In this document: positions 34,701-49,700 of the stretch, in pieces | Position numbering within the stretch: the first letter of the stretch is position 1 | How the letters are laid out: each line of letters opens with the position of its first letter | Source: Nemertoderma westbladi | Lineage: Eukaryota; Animalia; Xenacoelomorpha | DNA length: 64,000 nt | Assembly (NCBI GenBank): GCA_032718475.1 | Contig: JAUCBJ010001849.1 | Location: forward strand, 51,208-115,207 | Direction: 5' to 3' | The notes under the pieces: model-generated | Told to the model about the DNA's origin: nothing | The model's database searches: none | Seen by the model: only the letters and a program-made list of their open reading frames with translations | Translations under genes and position numbers: made by a program

Positions 34701-37700
34701 CTACTTATATGATTGGTTATATTTCAACCAATACAATGCAGTTCTATCCCAAATTCAGACTGCCCCTCTACTTATATGATTGGTTATATTTCAACCAATA
34801 CAATGCAGTTCCATCCCAAATTCAGACTGCCCCTCTACTTATATGATTGGTTATATTTCAACCAATACAATGCAGTTCCATCCCAAATTCAGACTGCTCC
34901 TCTACTTATATGATTGGTTATATTTCAACCAATACAATGCAGTTCCATCCCAAATTCAGACTGCCCCTCTACTTATATGATTGGTTATATTTCAACCAAT
35001 ACAATGCAGTTCCATCCCAAATTCAGACTGCCCCTCTACTTATATGATTGGTTATATTTCAACCAATACAATGCAGTTCCATCCCAAATTCAGACTGCTC
35101 CTCTACTTATATGATTGGTTATATTTCAACCAATACAATGCAGTTCCATCCCAAATTCAGACTGCCCCTCTACTTATATGATTGGTTATATTTCAACCAA
35201 TACAATGCAGTTCCATCCCAAATTCAGACTGCCCTCTACTTATATGATTGGTTATATTTCAACCAATACAATGCAGTTCCATCCCAAATTCAGACTGCTC
35301 CTCTACTTATATGATTGGTTATATTTCAACCAATACAATGCAGTTCCATCCCAAATTCAGACTGCTCCTCTACTTATATGATTGGTTATATTTCAACCAT
35401 TACAATGCAGTTCTATCCCAAATTCAGACTGCCCCTCTACTTATATGATTGGTTATATTTCAACCAATACAATGCAGTTCCATCCCAAATTCAGACTGCT
35501 CCTCTACTTATATGATTGGTTATATTTCAACCATTAAAATGGAGTTCTATCCCAAATTCAGACTGCCCCTCTACTTATATGATTGGTTATATTTCAACCA
35601 ATACAATGCAGTTCCATCCCAAATTCAGACTGCCCCTCTACTTATATGATTGGTTATATTTCAACCATTAAAATGGAGTTCTATCCCAAATTCAGACTGC
35701 CCCTCTACTTATATGATTGGTTATATTTCAACCAATACAATGCAGTTCCATCCCAAATTCAGACTGCCCCTCTACTTATATGATTGGTTATATTTCAACC
35801 ATTAAAATGGAGTTCTATCCCAAATTCAGACTGCCCCTCTACTTATATGATTGGTTATATTTCAACCAATACAATGCAGTTCCATCCCAAATTCAGACTG
35901 CCCCTCTACTTATATGATTGGTTATATTTCAACCAATACAATGCAGTTCCATCCCAAATTCAGACTGCTCCTCTACTTATATGATTGGTTATATTTCAAC
36001 CAATACAATGCAGTTCCATCCCAAATTCAGACTGCCCCTCTACTTATATGATTGGTTATATTTCAACCAATACAATGCAGTTCCATCCCAAATTCAGACT
36101 GCTCCTCTACTTATATGATTGGTTATATTTCAACCAATACAATGCAGTTCCATCCCAAATTCAGACTGCTCCTCTACTTATATGATTGGTTATATTTCAA
36201 CCAATACAATGCAGTTCCATCCCAAATTCAGACTGCCCCTCTACTTATATGATTGGTTATATTTCAACCAATACAATGCAGTTCCATCCCAAATTCAGAC
36301 TGCCCCTCTACTTATATGATTGGTTATATTTCAACCAATACAATGCAGTTCCATCCCAAATTCAGACTGCTCCTCTACTTATATGATTGGTTATATTTCA
36401 ACCAATACAATGCAGTTCCATCCCAAATTCAGACTGCTCCTCTACTTATATGATTGGTTATATTTCAACCAATACAATGCAGTTCCATCCCAAATTCAGA
36501 CTGCTCCTCTACTTATATGATTGGTTATATTTCAACCAATACAATGCAGTTCTATCCCAAATTCAGACTGCTCCTCTACTTATATGATTGGTTATATTTC
36601 AACCAATACAATGCAGTTCCATCCCAAATTCAGACTGCTCCTCTACTTATATGATTGGTTATATTTCAACCAATACAATGCAGTTCCATCCCAAATTCAG
36701 ACTGCCCCTCTACTTATATGATTGGTTATATTTCAACCAATACAATGCAGTTCCATCCCAAATTCAGACTGCTCCTCTACTTATATGATTGGTTATATTT
36801 CAACCAATACAATGCAGTTCCATCCCAAATTCAGACTGCTCCTCTACTTATATGATTGGTTATATTTCAACCAATACAATGCAGTTCCATCCCAAATTCA
36901 GACTGCTCCTCTACTTATATGATTGGTTATATTTCAACCAATACAATGCAGTTCCATCCCAAATTCAGACTGCCCCTCTACTTATATGATTGGTTATATT
37001 TCAACCAATACAATGCAGTTCCATCCCAAATTCAGACTGCCCCTCTACTTATATGATTGGTTATATTTCAACCAATACAATGCAGTTCCATCCCAAATTC
37101 AGACTGCCCCTCTACTTATATGATTGGTTATATTTCAACCAATACAATGCAGTTCCATCCCAAATTCAGACTGCCCCTCTACTTATATGATTGGTTATAT
37201 TTCAACCAATACAATGCAGTTCCATCCCAAATTCAGACTGCTCCTCTACTTATATGATTGGTTATATTTCAACCAATACAATGCAGTTCCATCCCAAATT
37301 CAGACTGCTCCTCTACTTATATGATTGGTTATATTTCAACCATTACAATGCAGTTCTATCCCAAATTCAGACTGCCCCTCTACTTATATGATTGGTTATA
37401 TTTCAACCAATACAATGCAGTTCCATCCCAAATTCAGACTGCTCCTCTACTTATATGATTGGTTATATTTCAACCAATACAATGCAGTTCTATCCCAAAT
37501 TCAGACTGCCCCTCTACTTATATGATTGGTTATATTTCAACCAATACAATGCAGTTCCATCCCAAATTCAGACTGCCCCTCTACTTATATGATTGGTTAT
37601 ATTTCAACCAATACAATGCAGTTCCATCCCAAATTCAGACTGCCCCTCTACTTATATGATTGGTTATATTTCAACCAATACAATGCAGTTCCATCCCAAA

Positions 37701-40700
37701 TTCAGACTGCTCCTCTACTTATATGATTGGTTATATTTCAACCAATACAATGCAGTTCCATCCCAAATTCAGACTGCACCTCTACTTATATGATTGGTTA
37801 TATTTCAACCAATACAATGCAGTTCCATCCCAAATTCAGACTGCCCCTCTACTTATATGATTGGTTATATTTCAACCAATACAATGCAGTTCCATCCCAA
37901 ATTCAGACTGCACCTCTACTTATATGATTGGTTATATTTCAACCATTACAATGCAGTTCCATCCCAAATTCAGACTGCCCCTCTACTTATATGATTGGTT
38001 ATATTTCAACCAATACAATGCAGTTCCATCCCAAATTCAGACTGCCCCTCTACTTATATGATTGGTTATATTTCAACCAATACAATGCAGTTCTATCCCA
38101 AATTCAGACTGCCCCTCTACTTATATGATTGGTTATATTTCAACCAATACAATGCAGTTCCATCCCAAATTCAGACTGCTCCTCTACTTATATGATTGGT
38201 TATATTTCAACCATTACAATGCAGGTCCATCCCAAATTCAGACTGCCCCTCTACTTATATGATTGGTTATATTTCAACCATTACAATGCAGGTCCATCCC
38301 AAATTCAGACTGCCCCTCTACTTATATGATTGGTTATATTTCAACCAATACAATGCAGTTCCATCCCAAATTCAGACTGCCCCTCTACTTATATGATTGG
38401 TTATATTTCAACCATTACAATGCAGTTCCATCCCAAATTCAGACTGCCCCTCTACTTATATGATTGGTTATATTTCAACCAATACAATGCAGTTCCATCC
38501 CAAATTCAGACTGCTCCTCTACTTATATGATTGGTTATATTTCAACCAATACAATGCAGTTCCATCCCAAATTCAGACTGCCCCTCTACTTATATGATTG
38601 GTTATATTTCAACCAATACAATGCAGTTCCATCCCAAATTCAGACTGCTCCTCTACTTATATGATTGGTTATATTTCAACCATTACAATGCAGTTCTATC
38701 CCAAATTCAGACTGCCCCTCTACTTATATGATTGGTTATATTTCAACCAATACAATGCAGTTCCATCCCAAATTCAGACTGCCCCTCTACTTATATGATT
38801 GGTTATATTTCAACCATTAAAATGCAGTTCTATCCCAAATTCAGACTGCCCCTCTACTTATATGATTGGTTATATTTCAACCAATACAATGCAGTTCCAT
38901 CCCAAATTCAGACTGCCCCTCTACTTATATGATTGGTTATATTTCAACCAATACAATGCAGTTCCATCCCAAATTCAGACTGCTCCTCTACTTATATGAT
39001 TGGTTATATTTCAACCAATACAATGCAGTTCCATCCCAAATTCAGACTGCCCCTCTACTTATATGATTGGTTATATTTCAACCAATACAATGCAGTTCCA
39101 TCCCAAATTCAGACTGCCCCTCTACTTATATGATTGGTTATATTTCAACCAATACAATGCAGTTCCATCCCAAATTCAGACTGCCCCTCTACTTATATGA
39201 TTGGTTATATTTCAACCAATACAATGGAGTTCTATCCCAAATTCAGACTGCCCCTCTACTTATATGATTGGTTATATTTCAACCAATACAATGCAGTTCC
39301 ATCCCAAATTCAGACTGCCCCTCTACTTATATGATTGGTTATATTTCAACCATTAAAATGGAGTTCTATCCCAAATTCAGACTGCCCCTCTACTTATATG
39401 ATTGGTTATATTTCAACCAATACAATGCAGTTCCATCCCAAATTCAGACTGCCCCTCTACTTATATGATTGGTTATATTTCAACCATTAAAATGGAGTTC
39501 TATCCCAAATTCAGACTGCCCCTCTACTTATATGATTGGTTATATTTCAACCAATACAATGCAGTTCCATCCCAAATTCAGACTGCCCCTCTACTTATAT
39601 GATTGGTTATATTTCAACCATTAAAATGGAGTTCTATCCCAAATTCAGACTGCACCTCTACTTATATGATTGGTTATATTTCAACCATTAAAATGGAGTT
39701 CTATCCCAAATTCAGACTGCCCCTCTACTTATATGATTGGTTATATTTCTACCAATACAATGCAGTTCCATCCCAAATTCAGACTGCCCCTCTACTTATA
39801 TGATTGGTTATATTTCTACCAATACAATGCAGTTCCATCCCAAATTCAGACTGCCCCTCTACTTATATGATTGGTTATATTTCAACCAATACAATGCAGT
39901 TCCATCCCAAATTCAGACTGCACCTCTACTTATATGATTGGTTATATTTCAACCAATACAATGCAGTTCCATCCCAAATTCAGACTGCTCCTCTACTTAT
40001 ATGATTGGTTATATTTCAACCAATACAATGCAGTTCCATCCCAAATTCAGACTGCCCCTCTACTTATATGATTGGTTATATTTCAACCAATACAATGCAG
40101 TTCCATCCCAAATTCAGACTGCTCCTCTACTTATATGATTGGTTATATTTCAACCAATACAATGCAGTTCCATCCCAAATTCAGACTGCCCCTCTACTTA
40201 TATGATTGGTTATATTTCAACCAATACAATGCAGTTCCATCCCAAATTCAGACTGCCCCTCTACTTATATGATTGGTTATATTTCAACCAATACAATGCA
40301 GTTCCATCCCAAATTCAGACTGCCCCTCTACTTATATGATTGGTTATATTTCAACCAATACAATGCAGTTCCATCCCAAATTCAGACTGCCCCTCTACTT
40401 ATATGATTGGTTATATTTCAACCAATACAATGCAGTTCCATCCCAAATTCAGACTGCCCCTCTACTTATATGATTGGTTATATTTCAACCAATACAATGC
40501 AGTTCCATCCCAAATTCAGACTGCTCCTCTACTTATATGATTGGTTATATTTCAACCAATACAATGCAGTTCCATCCCAAATTCAGACTGCCCCTCTACT
40601 TATATGATTGGTTATATTTCAACCAATACAATGCAGTTCCATCCCAAATTCAGACTGCCCCTCTACTTATATGATTGGTTATATTTCAACCAATACAATG

Positions 40701-43700
40701 CAGTTCCATCCCAAATTCAGACTGCTCCTCTACTTATATGATTGGTTATATTTCAACCAATACAATGCAGTTCCATCCCAAATTCAGACTGCTCCTCTAC
40801 TTATATGATTGGTTATATTTCAACCAATACAATGCAGTTCCATCCCAAATTCAGACTGCTCCTCTACTTATATGATTGGTTATATTTCAACCAATACAAT
40901 GCAGTTCCATCCCAAATTCAGACTGCTCCTCTACTTATATGATTGGTTATATTTCAACCAATACAATGCAGTTCCATCCCAAATTCAGACTGCTCCTCTA
41001 CTTATATGATTGGTTATATTTCAACCAATACAATGCAGTTCCATCCCAAATTCAGACTGCTCCTCTACTTATATGATTGGTTATATTTCAACCAATACAA
41101 TGCAGTTCCATCCCAAATTCAGACTGCTCCTCTACTTATATGATTGGTTATATTTCAACCAATACAATGCAGTTCCATCCCAAATTCAGACTGCTCCTCT
41201 ACTTATATGATTGGTTATATTTCAACCAATACAATGCAGTTCCATCCCAAATTCAGACTGCCCCTCTACTTATATGATTGGTTATATTTCAACCAATACA
41301 ATGCAGTTCCATCCCAAATTCAGACTGCTCCTCTACTTATATGATTGGTTATATTTCAACCAATACAATGCAGTTCCATCCCAAATTCAGACTGCCCCTC
41401 TACTTATATGATTGGTTATATTTCAACCAATACAATGCAGTTCCATCCCAAATTCAGACTGCCCCTCTACTTATATGATTGGTTATATTTCAACCAATAC
41501 AATGCAGTTCCATCCCAAATTCAGACTGCCCCTCTACTTATATGATTGGTTATATTTCAACCAATACAATGCAGTTCCATCCCAAATTCAGACTGCCCCT
41601 CTACTTATATGATTGGTTATATTTCAACCAATACAATGCAGTTCCATCCCAAATTCAGACTGCCCCTCTACTTATATGATTGGTTATATTTCAACCAATA
41701 CAATGCAGTTCCATCCCAAATTCAGACTGCCCCTCTACTTATATGATTGGTTATATTTCAACCAATACAATGCAGTTCCATCCCAAATTCAGACTGCCCC
41801 TCTACTTATATGATTGGTTATATTTCAACCAATACAATGCAGTTCCATCCCAAATTCAGACTGCCCCTCTACTTATATGATTGGTTATATTTCAACCAAT
41901 ACAATGCAGTTCCATCCCAAATTCAGACTGCCCCTCTACTTATATGATTGGTTATATTTCAACCAATACAATGCAGTTCCATCCCAAATTCAGACTGCCC
42001 CTCTACTTATATGATTGGTTATATTTCAACCAATACAATGCAGTTCCATCCCAAATTCAGACTGCTCCTCTACTTATATGATTGGTTATATTTCAACCAA
42101 TACAATGCAGTTCCATCCCAAATTCAGACTGCTCCTCTACTTATATGATTGGTTATATTTCAACCAATACAATGCAGTTCCATCCCAAATTCAGACTGCT
42201 CCTCTACTTATATGATTGGTTATATTTCAACCAATACAATGCAGTTCCATCCCAAATTCAGACTGCTCCTCTACTTATATGATTGGTTATATTTCAACCA
42301 ATACAATGCAGTTCCATCCCAAATTCAGACTGCCCCTCTACTTATATGATTGGTTATATTTCAACCAATACAATGCAGTTCCATCCCAAATTCAGACTGC
42401 TCCTCTACTTATATGATTGGTTATATTTCAACCAATACAATGCAGTTCCATCCCAAATTCAGACTGCTCCTCTACTTATATGATTGGTTATATTTCAACC
42501 AATACAATGCAGTTCCATCCCAAATTCAGACTGCTCCTCTACTTATATGATTGGTTATATTTCAACCAATACAATGCAGTTCCATCCCAAATTCAGACTG
42601 CTCCTCTACTTATATGATTGGTTATATTTCAACCAATACAATGCAGTTCCATCCCAAATTCAGACTGCCCCTCTACTTATATGATTGGTTATATTTCAAC
42701 CAATACAATGCAGTTCCATCCCAAATTCAGACTGCTCCTCTACTTATATGATTGGTTATATTTCAACCAATACAATGCAGTTCCATCCCAAATTCAGACT
42801 GCTCCTCTACTTATATGATTGGTTATATTTCAACCAATACAATGCAGTTCCATCCCAAATTCAGACTGCTCCTCTACTTATATGATTGGTTATATTTCAA
42901 CCAATACAATGCAGTTCCATCCCAAATTCAGACTGCTCCTCTACTTATATGATTGGTTATATTTCAACCAATACAATGCAGTTCCATCCCAAATTCAGAC
43001 TGCTCCTCTACTTATATGATTGGTTATATTTCAACCAATACAATGCAGTTCCATCCCAAATTCAGACTGCTCCTCTACTTATATGATTGGTTATATTTCA
43101 ACCAATACAATGCAGTTCCATCCCAAATTCAGACTGCTCCTCTACTTATATGATTGGTTATATTTCAACCAATACAATGCAGTTCCATCCCAAATTCAGA
43201 CTGCTCCTCTACTTATATGATTGGTTATATTTCAACCAATACAATGCAGTTCCATCCCAAATTCAGACTGCTCCTCTACTTATATGATTGGTTATATTTC
43301 AACCAATACAATGCAGTTCCATCCCAAATTCAGACTGCTCCTCTACTTATATGATTGGTTATATTTCAACCAATACAATGCAGTTCCATCCCAAATTCAG
43401 ACTGCTCCTCTACTTATATGATTGGTTATATTTCAACCAATACAATGCAGTTCCATCCCAAATTCAGACTGCTCCTCTACTTATATGATTGGTTATATTT
43501 CAACCAATACAATGCAGTTCCATCCCAAATTCAGACTGCTCCTCTACTTATATGATTGGTTATATTTCAACCAATACAATGCAGTTCCATCCCAAATTCA
43601 GACTGCTCCTCTACTTATATGATTGGTTATATTTCAACCAATACAATGCAGTTCCATCCCAAATTCAGACTGCTCCTCTACTTATATGATTGGTTATATT

Positions 43701-46700
43701 TCAACCAATACAATGCAGTTCCATCCCAAATTCAGACTGCTCCTCTACTTATATGATTGGTTATATTTCAACCAATACAATGCAGTTCCATCCCAAATTC
43801 AGACTGCCCCTCTACTTATATGATTGGTTATATTTCAACCAATACAATGCAGTTCCATCCCAAATTCAGACTGCCGCTCTACTTATATGATTGGTTATAT
43901 TTCAACCAATACAATGCAGTTCCATCCCAAATTCAGACTGCTCCTCTACTTATATGATTGGTTATATTTCAACCAATACAATGCAGTTCCATCCCAAATT
44001 CAGACTGCTCCTCTACTTATATGATTGGTTATATTTCAACCAATACAATGCAGTTCCATCCCAAATTCAGACTGCTCCTCTACTTATATGATTGGTTATA
44101 TTTCAACCAATACAATGCAGTTCCATCCCAAATTCAGACTGCCCCTCTACTTATATGATTGGTTATATTTCAAGCAATACAATGCAGTTCCATCCCAAAT
44201 TCAGACTGCTCCTCTACTTATATGATTGGTTATATTTCAACCAATACAATGCAGTACTATCCCAAATTCAGACTGCTCCTCTACTTATATGATTGGTTAT
44301 ATTTCAACCAATACAATGCAGTACTATCCCAAATTCAGACTGCTCCTCTACTTATATGATTGGTTATATTTCAACCAATACAATGCAGTTCCATCCCAAA
44401 TTCAGACTGCCCCTCTACTTATATGATTGGTTATATTTCAAGCAATACAATGCAGTTCCATCCCAAATTCAGACTGCTCCTCTACTTATATGATTGGTTA
44501 TATTTCAAGCAATACAATGCAGTTCCATCCCAAATTCAGACTGCTCCTCTACTTATATGATTGGTTATATTTCAAGCAATACAATGCAGTTCCATCCCAA
44601 ATTCAGACTGCTCCTCTACTTATATGATTGGTTATATTTCAACCAATACAATGCAGTACTATCCCAAATTCAGACTGCTCCTCTACTTATATGATTGGTT
44701 ATATTTCAACCAATACAATGCAGTACTATCCCAAATTCAGACTGCTCCTCTACTTATATGATTGGTTATATTTCAACCAATACAATGCAGTTCCATCCCA
44801 AATTCAGACTGCCCCTCTACTTATATGATTGGTTATATTTCAACCAATACAATGCAGTTCCATCCCAAATTCAGACTGCTCCTCTACTTATATGATTGGT
44901 TATATTTCAACCAATACAATGCAGTTCCATCCCAAATTCAGACTGCCCCTCTACTTATATGATTGGTTATATTTCAACCAATACAATGCAGTTCCATCCC
45001 AAATTCAGACTGCCCCTCTACTTATATGATTGGTTATATTTCAACCAATACAATGCAGTTCCATCCCAAATTCAGACTGCTCCTCTACTTATATGATTGG
45101 TTATATTTCAACCAATACAATGCAGTTCCATCACAAATTCAGACTGCTCCTCTACTTATATGATTGGTTATATTTCAACCAATACAATGCAGTTCCATCC
45201 CAAATTCAGACTGCCCCTCTACTTATATGATTGGTTATATTTCAACCAATACAATGCAGTTCCATCCCAAATTCAGACTGCCCCTCTACTTATATGATTG
45301 GTTATATTTCAACCAATACAATGCAGTTCTATCCCAAATTCAGACTGCTCCTCTACTTATATGATTGGTTATATTTCAACCAATACAATGCAGTTCCATC
45401 CCAAATTCAGACTGCCCCTCTACTTATATGATTGGTTATATTTCAACCAATACAATGCAGTTCCATCCCAAATTCAGACTGCTCCTCTACTTATATGATT
45501 GGTTATATTTCAACCAATACAATGCAATTCCATCCCAAATTCAGACTGCCCCTCTACTTATATGATTGGTTATATTTCAACCAATACAATGCAGTTCCAT
45601 CCCAAATTCAGACTGCCCCTCTACTTATATGATTGGTTATATTTCAACCAATACAATGCAGTTCCATCCCAAATTCAGACTGCCGCTCTACTTATATGAT
45701 TGGTTATATTTCAACCAATACAATGCAGTTCCATCCCAAATTCAGACTGCCCCTCTACTTATATGATTGGTTATATTTCAACCAATACAATGCAGTTCCA
45801 TCCCAAATTCAGACTGCACCTCTACTTATATGATTGGTTATATTTCAACCAATACAATGCAGTTCCATCCCAAATTCAGACTGCCCCTCTACTTATATGA
45901 TTGGTTATATTTCAACCAATACAATGCAGTTCCATCCCAAATTCAGACTGCCCCTCTACTTATATGATTGGTTATATTTCAACCAATACAATGCAATTCC
46001 ATCCCAAATTCAGACTGCCCCTCTACTTATATGATTGGTTATATTTCAACCAATACAATGCAGTTCCATCCCAAATTCAGACTGCTCCTCTACTTATATG
46101 ATTGGTTATATTTCAACCAATACAATGCAGTTCCATCCCAAATTCAGACTGCCCCTCTACTTATATGATTGGTTATATTTCAACCAATACAATGCAGTTC
46201 CATCCCAAATTCAGACTGCCCCTCTACTTATATGATTGGTTATATTTCAACCATTACAATGCAATTCCATCCCAAATTCAGACTGCCCCTCTACTTATAT
46301 GATTGGTTATATTTCAACCAATACAATGCAGTTCCATCCCAAATTCAGACTGCTCCTCTACTTATATGATTGGTTATATTTCAACCATTACAATGCAATT
46401 CCATCCCAAATTCAGACTGCCCCTCTACTTATATGATTGGTTATATTTCAACCATTACAATGCAATTCCATCCCAAATTCAGACTGCCCCTCTACTTATA
46501 TGATTGGTTATATTTCAACCAATACAATGCAGTTCCATCCCAAATTCAGACTGCTCCTCTACTTATATGATTGGTTATATTTCAACCAATACAATGCAGT
46601 TCCATCCCAAATTCAGACTGCCCCTCTACTTATATGATTGGTTATATTTCAACCAATACAATGCAGTTCCATCCCAAATTCAGACTGCTCCTCTACTTAT

Positions 46701-49700
46701 ATGATTGGTTATATTTCAACCATTACAATGCAATTCCATCCCAAATTCAGACTGCCCCTCTACTTATATGATTGGTTATATTTCAACCAATACAATGCAG
46801 TTCCATCCCAAATTCAGACTGCTCCTCTACTTATATGATTGGTTATATTTCAACCATTACAATGCAATTCCATCCCAAATTCAGACTGCCCCTCTACTTA
46901 TATGATTGGTTATATTTCAACCATTACAATGCAATTCCATCCCAAATTCAGACTGCTCCTCTACTTATATGATTGGTTATATTTCAACCAATACAATGCA
47001 GTTCCATCCCAAATTCAGACTGCTCCTCTACTTATATGATTGGTTATATTTCAACCATTACAATGCAGTTCCATCCCAAATTCAGACTGCCCCTCTACTT
47101 ATATGATTGGTTATATTTCAACCAATACAATGCAATTCCATCCCAAATTCAGACTGCCCCTCTACTTATATGATTGGTTATATTTCAACCAATACAATGC
47201 AGTTCCATCCCAAATTCAGACTGCCCCTCTACTTATATGATTGGTTATATTTCAACCAATACAATGCAGTTCCATCCCAAATTCAGACTGCTCCTCTACT
47301 TATATGATTGGTTATATTTCAACCAATACAATGCAGTTCCATCCCAAATTCAGACTGCCCCTCTACTTATATGATTGGTTATATTTCAACCAATACAATG
47401 CAGTTCCATCCCAAATTCAGACTGCTCCTCTACTTATATGATTGGTTATATTTCAACCAATACAATGCAGTTCCATCCCAAATTCAGACTGCCCCTCTAC
47501 TTATATGATTGGTTATATTTCAACCAATACAATGCAGTTCCATCCCAAATTCAGACTGCTCCTCTACTTATATGATTGGTTATATTTCAACCAATACAAT
47601 GCAGTTCCATCCCAAATTCAGACTGCCCCTCTACTTATATGATTGGTTATATTTCAACCAATACAATGCAGTTCCATCCCAAATTCAGACTGCTCCTCTA
47701 CTTATATGATTGGTTATATTTCAACCAATACAATGCAGTTCCATCCCAAATTCAGACTGCTCCTCTACTTATATGATTGGTTATATTTCAACCAATACAA
47801 TGCAGTTCCATCCCAAATTCAGACTGCCCCTCTACTTATATGATTGGTTATATTTCAACCAATACAATGCAGTTCCATCCCAAATTCAGACTGCCCCTCT
47901 ACTTATATGATTGGTTATATTTCAACCAATACAATGCAGTTCCATCCCAAATTCAGACTGCTCCTCTACTTATATGATTGGTTATATTTCAACCAATACA
48001 ATGCAGTTCCATCCCAAATTCAGACTGCTCCTCTACTTATATGATTGGTTATATTTCAACCAATACAATGCAGTTCCATCCCAAATTCAGACTGCCCCTC
48101 TACTTATATGATTGGTTATATTTCAACCAATACAATGCAGTTCCATCCCAAATTCAGACTGCCCCTCTACTTATATGATTGGTTATATTTCAACCAATAC
48201 AATGCAGTTCCATCCCAAATTCAGACTGCCCCTCTACTTATATGATTGGTTATATTTCAACCAATACAATGCAGTTCCATCCCAAATTCAGACTGCCCCT
48301 CTACTTATATGATTGGTTATATTTCAACCAATACAATGCAGTTCCATCCCAAATTCAGACTGCCCCTCTACTTATATGATTGGTTATATTTCAACCAATA
48401 CAATGCAGTTCCATCCCAAATTCAGACTGCCCCTCTACTTATATGATTGGTTATATTTCAACCAATACAATGCAGTTCCATCCCAAATTCAGACTGCCCC
48501 TCTACTTATATGATTGGTTATATTTCAACCAATACAATGCAGTTCCATCCCAAATTCAGACTGCCCCTCTACTTATATGATTGGTTATATTTCAACCAAT
48601 ACAATGCAGTTCCATCCCAAATTCAGACTGCTCCTCTACTTATATGATTGGTTATATTTCAACCAATACAATGCAGTTCCATCCCAAATTCAGACTGCTC
48701 CTCTACTTATATGATTGGTTATATTTCAACCAATACAATGCAGTTCCATCCCAAATTCAGACTGCCCCTCTACTTATATGATTGGTTATATTTCAACCAA
48801 TACAATGCAGTTCCATCCCAAATTCAGACTGCCCCTCTACTTATATGATTGGTTATATTTCAACCAATACAATGCAGTTCCATCCCAAATTCAGACTGCC
48901 CCTCTACTTATATGATTGGTTATATTTCAACCAATACAATGCAGTTCTATCCCAAATTCAGACTGCCCCTCTACTTATATGATTGGTTATATTTCAACCA
49001 ATACAATGCAGTTCCATCCCAAATTCAGACTGCCCCTCTACTTATATGATTGGTTATATTTCAACCAATACAATGCAGTTCCATCCCAAATTCAGACTGC
49101 CCCTCTACTTATATGATTGGTTATATTTCAACCAATACAATGCAGTTCCATCCCAAATTCAGACTGCTCCTCTACTTATATGATTGGTTATATTTCAACC
49201 AATACAATGCAGTTCCATCCCAAATTCAGACTGCTCCTCTACTTATATGATTGGTTATATTTCAACCAATACAATGCAGTTCCATCCCAAATTCAGACTG
49301 CTCCTCTACTTATATGATTGGTTATATTTCAACCAATACAATGCAGTTCCATCCCAAATTCAGACTGCTCCTCTACTTATATGATTGGTTATATTTCAAC
49401 CAATACAATGCAGTTCCATCCCAAATTCAGACTGCCCCTCTACTTATATGATTGGTTATATTTCAACCAATACAATGCAGTTCCATCCCAAATTCAGACT
49501 GCCCCTCTACTTATATGATTGGTTATATTTCAACCAATACAATGCAGTTCCATCCCAAATTCAGACTGCCCCTCTACTTATATGATTGGTTATATTTCAA
49601 CCAATACAATGCAGTTCCATCCCAAATTCAGACTGCTCCTCTACTTATATGATTGGTTATATTTCAACCAATACAATGCAGTTCCATCCCAAATTCAGAC